Shown here one piece after another: positions 24,020 through 33,995 of a stretch of DNA of 64,000 bases (its first letter is position 1; each line of letters opens with the position of its first letter). The translations under genes and the position numbers were made by a program. The notes under the pieces were generated by a model. It made no database searches and was not told the DNA's origin. It saw nothing but the letters and a program-made list of their open reading frames with translations. The DNA comes from Lytechinus pictus. Its lineage: Eukaryota. The stretch covers positions 30,568,001-30,632,000 of the forward strand of contig NC_087245.1 in NCBI RefSeq assembly GCF_037042905.1, read 5' to 3'.

Positions 24020-27000
24020 GTATTTAATCTCGGTCCCATGCACATCAAATAATGTTGTGAATTATGCATGCAGATCGATTCTGTGTTTAATGTTGAAAAG
24101 TGAATGTCTTGTAAACTGTCGAGTAAAAGTGCTAAACTTCTCACATTGTTTTGGCCAAATATAGAGTAAAATTATTGATAATCATATAAAGTAAACACTT
24201 ATAAAGTGTTACAACTGTCATGACTGTTGCAAGTTCAAATTAATGGAAGAAATGTGGAAAGTAGAAAATTTCCAAAAAAAAGCTCGCCTCGGCCTCGATT
24301 GTTTTCTGAATTCATGTTTTGTTGGGTATAATCACTCACACTAGTGCGTGGTTAGTATTAGTATACTGGCGACCAGTCGTGTTTTACTATTACCACCAAA
24401 AATGTTGTTTCCTTTCTTTTCGAATATCATTTCATTTTTCCCTCCTTTCCTTTTCATTTCCTCATTCTTTGCTCTCCCATATTTGAAGTATACTTTTCCC
24501 TGTCTTTCCTTATTGTTATTATCCTAAGAAAGACTTGTATCTTACAGGTTACTGTTGTTGTTGTTGTTGTTGTTCGTTGTGGGTCGTTTCCACACCCAAA
24601 TGATCTCCTCGGTATACTCTCAGTGTGTTTGTCACAAGGTTACCCGGATCCTTCCTCGAGCGAAGTTCGTGCAGGCTCCACTCCACTTCACTACCGCTAC
24701 ACTACGCTCCACCTACCCGAACTTCGAGACCATGAACTCGATCGGATATTCCGAGTGACAAAAGGTGGGATTTTATGGGGAGAAAATACAAAATTCATGC
24801 AACATCACGATCTTTAAAAACAAGTGCAACTAATATTCTTACTTTACACAAAGTTTCACTTCTTTTCCTAGACAGCTGGCAGCCGTCTGTTTCGAGGAGT
24901 TTTTTAACATTTTTTTTTTTTTTTTAATTTCTCCTCATACACAGACGGCTCGCTAGCGTGCAGCCACCATTAGGGGACTTGCAATGCAAAATCCCCCCGT
25001 CGGGGCTCTTCAATTTTTGTCTTTAATGAGTAAAAATTTTGAAAATTCACGCGACCAAAATGCAAATTAATATTCCCTCTTGGCATCAATTGCCAAAAAA
25101 CCGAGAAAAATCAAGTTAAAAGGAACAAAAACAGTGACTTACCTCGGCTGTCGTGCAAATTCACTTCCCCGTTTTATCCGATCTTAAGTACATAAACATA
25201 TGGCCATTGAGTCCCCTGTACAGATCGCGCTAGAACTTCGGTCTCTGTATTTGGTGAGTGAAGCCAAAGGAGTTCAGCTGAACAACCAAAATTAACAGAG
25301 ACCGAAGCTTTTGGTCTATTCTTTTCCATGCTTATATCAGTCTCAAAATTGATGATTTAGAGCCAACATGAAGTTCCTCACACGTAATAATTCGCTGCCG
25401 ATTTCAGAACATCGCATGCGCGCGAGGGTCCGAGCTCGGACCAGACCCGGTACCTCCCGCATGCGATGTTTTGAAGTCGGCAGCGCATTAATATTTATAC
25501 GTGTGAGGAACTTCATGTTGGCTCTAAATCATCAATTTTGAGACTGATATAAGCATGGAAAAGAAGTGAAACTATGTGTAAAGTAAGAATATTAGTTGCA
25601 CTTGTTTTTAAAGATCGTGATGTTGCATGAATTTTGTATTTTGTATCGAGTTCATGGTCTCGAAGTTCGGGTAGGTGAAGCGTAGTGTAGCGGTAGTGAA
25701 GTGGAGTGGAGCCTGCACGAACTTCGCTCGAGGTACCCGGATCCTGTTCCTTCGACACTGTCCAGACACGGTCCTGTCCCGCTGCAGACAGAGATACTCT
25801 ATTAATCTTGAAACTCATAAAAGAATAAGAATTAAACTATTGAATCTTTTCCAGTGGAAATGATTTCGCATGCATACAATATGTCAGTTTTTTGGGCAAA
25901 TTAAATATGACATTAAAATGGGGAAATTTGTGTTGGATAATTCAAAATATATGGGGGCAACTAAAATAGGGGCTTTATAAATGAAATGGTGCAAATTCTA
26001 TTGTTTAATCGAAGAAAGGCCATGGAGGTGATGTCAGTTTGTTTTTTATCTCTCTCACCCTCTCTTCTCATCCACTAATAATTTGGTAAACCTGACTCAA
26101 TAGTACAGTAATTCTTGAATTGAGGTGGAGGAGGTTGAATAATGATTGATGATTTACAACCCTCATACGTTTTAAGTTTCTTTTCCTATTTTGCCCACCT
26201 TTTTAACTCACCAATGAGGTGAAAACAACAGTATCGAGTGGCAGTAGTGCACATATGAAAGTCGGCACCCTCGGTAACACACAAATGCAAAATGCACACA
26301 ATGGGTCAGATGCATAAAAAAATAGCAATTGCTGGCAAGCAATAGCTTTAAGCACAAGCAATAGCTAGCCAAACAAAAGATCATGCTTCAGCAATTGCTT
26401 TACTATATATGTATTATAACCATTTGCTAGTGCTTTAGCCCTTTTCTTGCCTTCAGAAAGCAATTGCTAGCAGTTTGAACAATAGCGACGTCACGCTGAC
26501 TGCAAACACAACACGACTCAAATAAAAAGGCAAGACTCGAACGCAAAGGTGTGGCAGGCTGGCAGCGCAAATTGAATAACTTGTTTCTTTTTTATGAATT
26601 TGTTTATTCGGCATTAGGTTTGCACTTATTAGGAAGGAAACATTTTTATGCAGGTTACGGTACACATTGGGGTTGTCTCTGCATAAACATTCAAAAATGC
26701 GAATGCCCTGATCAAGCAAACGCTCAAGCTGCTCTGACAGAGCTCGAAAAAACTCAAGCAAGTGCTTAAAATGCACAAGCGAAATGTTCGCTTTATGCAT
26801 ACGCTTTTTAGCAATAGCTTAATGCTTTGTCAAGGAAATGCTAGCAGTTAGCGATTGTTTGACTTACTAGCAAAATCATTTGCTTGCTCATTTTTATACA
26901 TACAGAATCCAGCAAAAGCAATTGCTACTTTTTATGCATCTGACCCAACGTTGGCGACAAGGCTTGTCATGGGGTGAATCATCTAGTGAATTGGGTGGTC

Positions 27001-28441
27001 CTTTTCAGGACCAACACTTGCCCAAGAAAGATAAATGGTGTACCGTGAAACCTACTACACAATCTCGTGAATTGTTTCTTTCTTTTAGTTATGAACTTTT
27101 TTTGAGTGAAATTAGTTATTGTTTATTGCAGTTTAAATATCACTAATTATATCGAAGGCAAACATTTTGATTTAATATCTGTGGCTTTTGTACGATGGTG
27201 CTTGAAGGTTTGACTAGTCTGACAGCTTTTTTCAACCTGATTGGGGTCCCAATGCCCCCTAGAAAGTTTTGTCCTTGTATTTCATATTCACATGCCAATG
27301 CATTGCCAAAAATATTGGTCTATCATTAGACAGTAAAGAATAATGTTAACAGCTTTAGATATGATACCAAAATTGTAGATGGACATGGTGGAGATCACTA
27401 GACTCCTTCAAAATAAAACCTGCTTGCTCTGTGACCTCACTTTTTTCAACAAAGTTTGCGGAGTTCAGCAAGCCGGCATATGCTTACTTAACCAAGACAA
27501 GACAAGTTTTGACAACATTAAGGTCAAGCCCACCCAAGAAAAATGTTGATTTGAAACAATAGAGAAACATCAAACAAGCATAATGCTGAAATTTTCATGA
27601 AAATCAGTTGTAAAATAAGAAAGTTCTGACATTTTAAAGGTTTGGTTACTTTTCACAAAACAATTTGATCACAAGTCTGTGACATGCAGATGAGAGCGAT
27701 GATGATTGATGTCCCTTACTATTTCTTCTTTTTTGATTGATTGAATTCTTTAATATTTCATAACAGATTTTTCAGTGACCAATTTGACTGAACCACAAAA
27801 TGTTAAAACCATTATAATTCCACATGTTCAGGCCTTCAGGGGGAATAAATATTTGCTTCACATGACAATATGGAGAAAATTAAACATTTCTTATTAGTGA
27901 AAAAAAACAATTGTGAGTTGGTTATGTCATCAGTCCCCTCATTACAGACCAAAATGTGCATATAACTGTTTTTGTGGAATTAGTTGTAACTATAGAATGT
28001 CATCAACTTTCATATTTTACATCCAATTTTGATGTAATTTTCAGGATTTTCTCCCTTTTATTCAAATCAACTTTTGTTGGGGTGGACCTCTTCTGTAATG
28101 TTTTACCCCAAATAGCACAAAATATTGAGACTCTCTAATCCCATTGACTTTGTACAGGTACGGGCGTTACTGCTTTTGGCACCAACCCTTATATGCTCTG
28201 TCTTTGAGCATTAAGAATACGCGATTCAAGTTCTATAGACTGCTCAGCCTTGAAGCTTACTAATACCACAAATACTTGATTAGGGTCTATAAGCTAATGA
28301 GTTCAACTTTAAAGTGATATAGTATTATACATACTTTGTACCAAGTTTGTTGGAACCACACCCATACCTCTCTCTGTCCGCCTGACCTGTCTTTCCTGAT
28401 TGTTGCAGATTCTACTACTACTATTACTACTACTACTACTT

Positions 28442-28479
<38 letters not shown>

Positions 28480-28484
28480 GCTAT

Positions 28485-28538
<54 letters not shown>

Positions 28539-28604
28539 CATTAATACTACTACTACTATTACTACTACTACTACTACGACTTCTACTACTGCTACTACTA
28601 TTAT

Positions 28605-28646
<42 letters not shown>

Positions 28647-31600
28647 GACTTCTACTACTACTACTACTATTATTACTACTACTACAACTACGACTTCAAC
28701 TACTACTACTACTTTTTCACTCTTTTTAATGTGTAATAACGAGATTTCAATCTGTACCTGTGTAGGCTATATTTGTTTTTGGACAAGGATAATCTATTAT
28801 AACGTTTACTCAAATTCTTCCAAATTTGATTTCCTTTAATTATCTATTTTAACTTTGCAGCCTTAAAACTTATTTCTACCTCTTCTAGATTACTTCCTGT
28901 CTTCCCAACTTTCAAGTCAACTTTCCTCCCCTCCTTTGCCCTCTCTCCCTCTCTCTCTTTCTCTTTCATATCTTATCTTCCTGTTCTATCTCTGCTCCTT
29001 CTTCTTTTTTTCACTTCTCCTAAATCAAACTGTTCTTGCTCTAATGCCTGTTTCGAAGTTTAAGTTGATGGACATGGCGTGTGTGTTTTAAATGAATTGT
29101 CTTTTTTATGTGTCTATACTTTTCTTCTTCAAATAATGCATGATATATCACATACTATTTATCTAGGCAAGTTTGTTTATAGGGATCGTATTAACTATTT
29201 TGATTTGTTAAGAATTATGTAATTATGTGACTTATTATCATGTTTATATTATTATTTGTAAAAAGATTCTGCAATTCAGCCTTTGGCTGCTACTGAATTT
29301 TTTAAATAAACCATTACCATTACCAAATAGCCCCTGGTTTTGAAAATGAATACAGTAACCAAAATATGTAACGGCACCACCTGTTTTGATGGGCGACCTC
29401 ATGATGCATGACTATTTATTCCGATGCTTTATTTGCAATGGGCTGTCAGCTGTTCATACGGTAGTCCAGGCACCCACAAGTATACTCACTCTTTATTGTC
29501 CCTTTGTGTGTCATTAGGAAGATGCTGTCGAGGAGACTTGCCATGAAATCTTGCAGAAATGGAAACAAGTTAGCCATTCAACCTCTGATGAAAAGCAAGT
29601 CAATGGAGGTATGAGATTCTCCTTTTGATTAGCCAGAGACTTCACATTTTTATTTATGTATTGGCAACAAACTTTATTACATGATCCTCTTCATCAGTCA
29701 TTAAAATGTGTTTTTCATCATTGTGTGACTTGTTCATCAGTCATCTTGTTTGTTTCACATTACTAAATTAATCTTTGATTAGTTGAATATTCTTATGGAG
29801 GAGGACTATGAAGGCAGATCAAAGTTTCAATGAATTTATTTATTATTGAAGGTGTGATTATAGGATATTCTGTAACATATTTTCTTCTGACACCCCCCTT
29901 CTTGCCATTTACTCTTTGCAAAGAACTTCATGAATTAAAAATAAATCTTCATGATGTTGATTTGTTAAGAATGATTAATGATAGAGATACAACTGAATGT
30001 AGTGATCAAATTTAATTGAAATTTTGGCCTTTTTTAACATTACTGAAGAAATAAGAAACAGGATTGATAATTAATGTTAGGTAATTGCCAGTTTAAGATC
30101 TATTGATCTCAAATTTCATTACTTTAATCGCCTCTTGTTTCTATAGCTTTTCTGTTACTTTTGCCTCTCATTTTAAAGCTTGATATAATAACTTGTATCT
30201 TTCTGTATTTATAAGGACTTTTCTAACAAATCCTTGAATATATTATTTTGTATATTTAGATGCTCACGCAACAGAGAGTTCTGAAGATAAGATGGCAGCC
30301 ATCATGGAGCGCCATGCTGCCACCCAGGTAACCAAGGTTACCAAATCACCAACAGACTCAAAACAGAAAGCTGCCCTCTTGGCCCGATTTGCAGAAGTTT
30401 CTGATGGAGATGAATATCCTTTATTTTATGAAATGCACTATGCAATGCATGCATCTGATGAAAAGCGTAACTCAGGAACAGGTGCTATATAAATCCAATT
30501 ATTATTTCTGGTATTATTATTATTATCATTATTTTTATTATCATTAGTAGTATTATTAGTATTAGTATTAAATATTATCATGATCATTATTATTATTGTA
30601 ATTATTAATTTTATATTATTACTATTGTTGTTGGTGTTATTACTATTATATCTGAATTAGTGTAAACAGACAATACTATTGGCCGTTTAAAAAATGAAAT
30701 CAAACAAAAAAAGGAGTTTACTCTGTTTTCTTAAAGGAGAATGAAACTCTTGGAGCAAGTTAGCTTTTGTGAAAGCAGAAAAATCAAAGAATAAGATCAA
30801 CAAAACTTTGAGTAAAATAGGACTAGCAATAAAAGAGTTATGAGCATTTGAATGTCCAGATCACTAATGCTATGGAGATCCTCCCATTGGCAATGCGACC
30901 AAGATCTGTGATGTCACACACGTACAACTCTCCCATTCGGACACTGAAAATATACCCTAAAACATCTCTTTTTGCTCATTCTAATCATATGACAAACGAT
31001 TCATCAATGATATAATGTTGTGAAACCTCTGTACTTGTCATCTCATAAAGAAAACACCTAACCTTGTGATAGACTCTATAAAAGTGAGAATATAAGTGAA
31101 ATAAGTACTAAAGTAATGAGGGAGTTGTACGTGTGTGATATCACAGATCTTGGTCGCATTGCCGATGGGAGGATCTACATGGCACTAGTGATCTCAATAT
31201 TCAAATGCTCATAACTTTCTTATTATTCATTCAATCTTCCTCAAACTTTCAACAATATGTTTCTTTGATTTTTCTCTTTGATATGGATTCAGCTAGTTTC
31301 AAGGGTTTCATTCTCCTTTAAGATGGGGCTGTTTGTGTTTTGTTTATATTTTACTTTGAATTCTAGAAAAGTAAGGATGATTTTTCCTTGACTGCAGCAA
31401 TGTACAGATGAGGATTACGAACCTGACTATGATGGTGGTAAAGGCGGCGGAGGCGGTGCAGCAGGAGGAGGAGGTTTGGATGACCTGTGTATCCTTTCTT
31501 ATCATGCATTGTTGAATCTACAGATAGATCAATGGTGTGTTGGAATAGCTGATTGTAAGCTACACATCATTTTTTTTTGGCACCACTGATTTCCTGGTGG

Positions 31601-33995
31601 ATGTTTCACAAAGCTATTGATAAACTTGCAAACATCTTATATGCATGACTGGAACGTGTTCTCAAGTGCTAAGTCAGCTATATAGGGATATATCATGAAG
31701 CACAAGAAAGGGTCACCAGTCATGACTGGAACATGTTCTTAGGTGCTAAGTCAGCTATATAGGGATATATCATGAAGCACAAGAAAGGGTCACCAGTCGT
31801 GCATAAAGTTATTTGCAACTTACCAACAGCTTCATGAAACACGCACCTGTTCTTGTGCTAATACAGGTATAGATGTGATTTACATAAACAATGGGCTTAT
31901 TAATACGGTACTTGATAAAAAGCGTTAATGTAGCACCCTGTGGCAAAAGCGTGCATTCATTATTGAATTTTTATACGCCCGTCCGAGACGGGATGTATTA
32001 TGGTATCACGCTCGCCGTCCGTCCGTTAACTTTTCCTTGTAAACGCGATAACTTCAGTTTGACATAACCTAGGCTCATATAATTTGGTGTGTATGATACT
32101 AGCATGGATCCCAGGAAGCCTATCGATTTTGAGGTCAAAGGGCAAGGTCACAGTGACATGTTTTCATCTTACCCTTCTGCAGTCCTTGTAAACACGATAA
32201 CTTCAGTTTTACTTAACCTAGTCTCATATAATGTGTGTATGATGCTAGCATGGATCCCAGGAAGTCTATTGATTGTCAGGTCAAAAGGTCAAGGTCACAC
32301 TGACATGTTTTCATCATACCCTTCTGAAGTCCTTGTAAACGTGATAACTTTAGTTTAACTTAACCTAGGCTCATATAATTTGGTGTGTTTGATACTAGCA
32401 TGGATCCCAGGAAGCCTATTGATTTTGAGGTAATAAAAATTAAAGGTCAAGATCACAGTGACATGTTTTCATCTTAACCTTCTGAAGTCCTTGTTGACGC
32501 GATAACTTTAGTTGAACGTAAAATATGCTCATTTAATTAGGTGTGTATGATACTTACTAGCATAGATCCCAGCAATTCTATTGATTTTGAGGTCAGAAGG
32601 TCAAAGGTGAAGTCGCCACCATCCCCTTTTCTTGCTTGACCAATAACTCCATTTTCCGTGTTACAGGCGGGCGTATTATGTGCTTGCGTTAGTGACACTC
32701 TTGTTTCTCAATATATAGGCCTGAGTTAGGTTGGCCCAATTGAGGATCAAATCTGTTTTTCCCCTTAGCATGCTATTACCAATCTCACATTTACCTCATT
32801 GTTATTCACAAGATACTCAACTTGCTGCAACAAGCTTTTTTTATCTGTCTCCCTTTGCATACATTGTTCCTTGATCTGGGGGGGGGGGGTTATGTCAGAT
32901 CATACTTTTGCCAGAATCCCCCCCCCCCCCTCCCCCATTCCCGGTCAATGAAAATCCCAAATAGTAGCAAATGATTAAGTGTTGCTACTCATTGCAAAAC
33001 TATCACAATCATCTGCTTACTATAACTTGTAGTGGCCAACTGTTCTCCATATTCACATTTCATAAACATCAGCGTGAATGTTCCCATTATGAAGCAAAGT
33101 GAAAAGTCACCCATGACGGAGAAAAAAATAAAAAAATAGTAATCTTGGTCAACATTCTTTTGCAAATTTTGGGAATCGAAACTTTCTAAGTTTTCAAATA
33201 ACCCCTTCTCAGTGAGATACTGCCTTTCAGGACCCATGTACATATTGAGCCAAAAGAAACCATGAATGTTGAATCATTTTAAAGATAACAGTTGGGTAAC
33301 AGTCTCAAAATGAGTTTGTACAGATTCCAATAAAATGACTATCCAAGTGTTTGTTTATACTAATATAGATTTTAAAAAATATGTACCAAATGTTCCTGAT
33401 AGAAATTGTTTAATTGCAGAGAAAAGAGCAAAATAGTCATGCCATTCCAGCCAGATGTCTGGTGTTTTTTCAATCAATAATAGTAATAGGTATTTATTCA
33501 TATAGCGCCATCTGTCTAGAAATAATCTATTCCAAGGAGCATTGTGTATTATTATTACCCCAATCAATGAACTATATTGTCCCACTTATGCTTATCTGTG
33601 TAAGTGATCTTCATGTGATTGTTTTCCAGCTTAGATTTCATGATTTTACCGAATTTGGTTACGGTTGAAATGTACCAGATCTACCTGTAGATCTACCATG
33701 ATAAAGTGACAATTAAACCTTGATTTTAAAGACTTTCTCATGAGATCATTGTTTGCTGTAACTACATTCCTTTAGCTTTAACGTTCCTTAACCACACGTT
33801 CTTGAACCAGTCTTTACCAATACAAATAAGGTGGACGTTGATAGACATGAGAAGGAGAAACGTGAGAAAGCCAAGCTGGAGAGCACAAAGAAGAAGGAAC
33901 AGGACAAACTGCAGAGAGAACAACAGAAGCAGAAGGCACAAGATCGGAAAGAGAAAGAAAAGAAGCGAACTCAGAAGCAAGAGAGACGGAGGTAG
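23846..33995 (+). CDS. CCDC43: Coiled-coil domain-containing protein 43, 5 exons, 228 aa: join(23846..24019,29518..29608,30260..30413,31406..31488,33811..33995)
   Basis: Translation has FGEWL...L..L.ID..VFGSYI...EEEKSEALSGIL, KAALLARFAEVSD, F.NTN and the C-terminal KKKEQDKLQRE...RKEKEKKRTQKQERRR*, all matching CCDC43 as I recall it. Exon lengths 174+91+154+83+185=687 nt stay in frame. An in-frame upstream ATG exists at 23801. Confidence 0.93.
24654..25733. mobile_element. Fully palindromic non-autonomous element with CCTCG...CGAGG ends and ~13-bp flanking direct repeat
   Basis: The first ~90 bp is a near-perfect reverse complement of the last ~90 bp and the arms continue to a centre at ~25435. 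Flanks are TACCCGGATCCTT (24641-24653) and TACCCGGATCCTG (25734-25746). Confidence 0.85.
24869..25318. mobile_element. 450-bp nested insertion, TAGAC...GTCTA termini, 9-bp TSD
   Basis: TTCTTTTCC at 24860-24868 and 25319-25327. The opposite arm of the host palindrome has a single copy (empty site, ~25558-25566). Confidence 0.88.
26303..26946. mobile_element. MITE with GGG...CCC termini (PIF/Harbinger-like)
   Basis: TIRs GGGTCAGATGCATAAAAAATAGCAATTGCT / AGCAATTGCTACTTTTTATGCATCTGACCC. Confidence 0.8.
27522..28090. mobile_element. TTAA-type MITE (Kolobok/T2-like), degenerate right end
   Basis: TTAA|GGTCAAGCCCACCC...GTTGATTTGAA at the left end versus TTCAAATCAAC...GGGGTGGAC at the right end. 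Confidence 0.6.
28412..28713. repeat. (CTA/TAC)n microsatellite
   Basis: ~300-bp imperfect ACT run; it explains the poly-Thr, poly-Leu and poly-Val ORFs. Confidence 0.97.
29518..29608 (+). CDS. CCDC43: CCDC43 exon 2
   Basis: CATTAG acceptor, GTATGA donor; encodes EDAVEETCHEILQKWKQVSHSTSDEKQVNG. Confidence 0.9.
30260..30413 (+). CDS. CCDC43: CCDC43 exon 3
   Basis: ATTTAG acceptor; encodes ...KQKAALLARFAEVSDGD and ends at the U12 donor ATATCCTTT. Confidence 0.9.
30414..31405 (+). other. U12-type AT-AC intron (CCDC43 intron 3)
   Basis: 5'ss ATATCCTTT at 30414-30422, branch site TTCCTTGAC at 31384-31392, 3'ss AC at 31404-31405; splicing restores the frame (GA|A). Confidence 0.92.
30735..31317. 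mobile_element. TTAA-flanked MITE (Kolobok/T2-like) inside the AT-AC intron
   Basis: TTAA|AGGAGAATGAAAC...GTTTCATTCTCCT|TTAA, with ~200-bp imperfect inverted arms (GGCAATGCGACCAAGATCTGTGAT / ATCACAGATCTTGGTCGCATTGCC). Confidence 0.9.
31406..31488 (+). CDS. CCDC43: CCDC43 exon 4
   Basis: Encodes DEDYEPDYDGGKGGGGGAAGGGGLDDL; bounded by a U12 acceptor and a U12 donor. Confidence 0.88.
31596..31847. mobile_element. MITE with internal 77-bp tandem duplication
   Basis: TIRs GGTGGATGTTTCACAAAGCT / AGCTTCATGAAACACGCACC; 31644-31720 is repeated at 31721-31797. Confidence 0.7.
31968..32705 (+). mobile_element. Helentron-associated (HINE/DINE-1/pearl-like) element with ~150-bp internal tandem repeats
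   Basis: TTTTTATACGCCCG start, (GTCC)n microsatellite, repeat units starting at 32035, 32184, 32331 and 32489, subterminal inverted CGGGCGTAT, a short hairpin, and a CTTGTT end. Confidence 0.75.
33476..33560 (-). mobile_element. SINE/LINE 3' tail fragment
   Basis: The minus strand reads ...GATGGCGCTATATGAATAAATACCTATTACTATTATT; a similar tail lies at ~1522-1580. Confidence 0.45.
33811..33995 (+). CDS. CCDC43: CCDC43 exon 5 (stop codon)
   Basis: Encodes FTNTNKVDVDRHEKEKREKAKLESTKKKEQDKLQREQQKQKAQDRKEKEKKRTQKQERRR*, with TAG at 33993-33995. Confidence 0.95.

Larger units (their letters stand above)
31489..33810 (+). other. U12-type GT-AG intron (CCDC43 intron 4)
   Basis: 5'ss GTATCCTTT at 31489-31497, branch site TTCCTTAAC at 33784-33792, 3'ss CAG ending at 33810. 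Confidence 0.92.

Noticed and set aside
24555..25863. Paired ORFs sharing SSEVRAGSTPLHYRYTTLHLPELRDHELD on opposite strands
   Set aside because: A consequence of the palindromic element's two arms, not a duplicated gene.
28287..28839. Mucin-like poly-Thr ORF and overlapping poly-Leu/poly-Val ORFs
   Set aside because: Intronic (ACT)n microsatellite; CCDC43 is complete without it. A TTGCAG just upstream was noted but there is no supporting donor or homology.
30292..30492. Standalone 66-aa gene
   Set aside because: It is CCDC43 exon 3 reading through the U12 donor into the intron.
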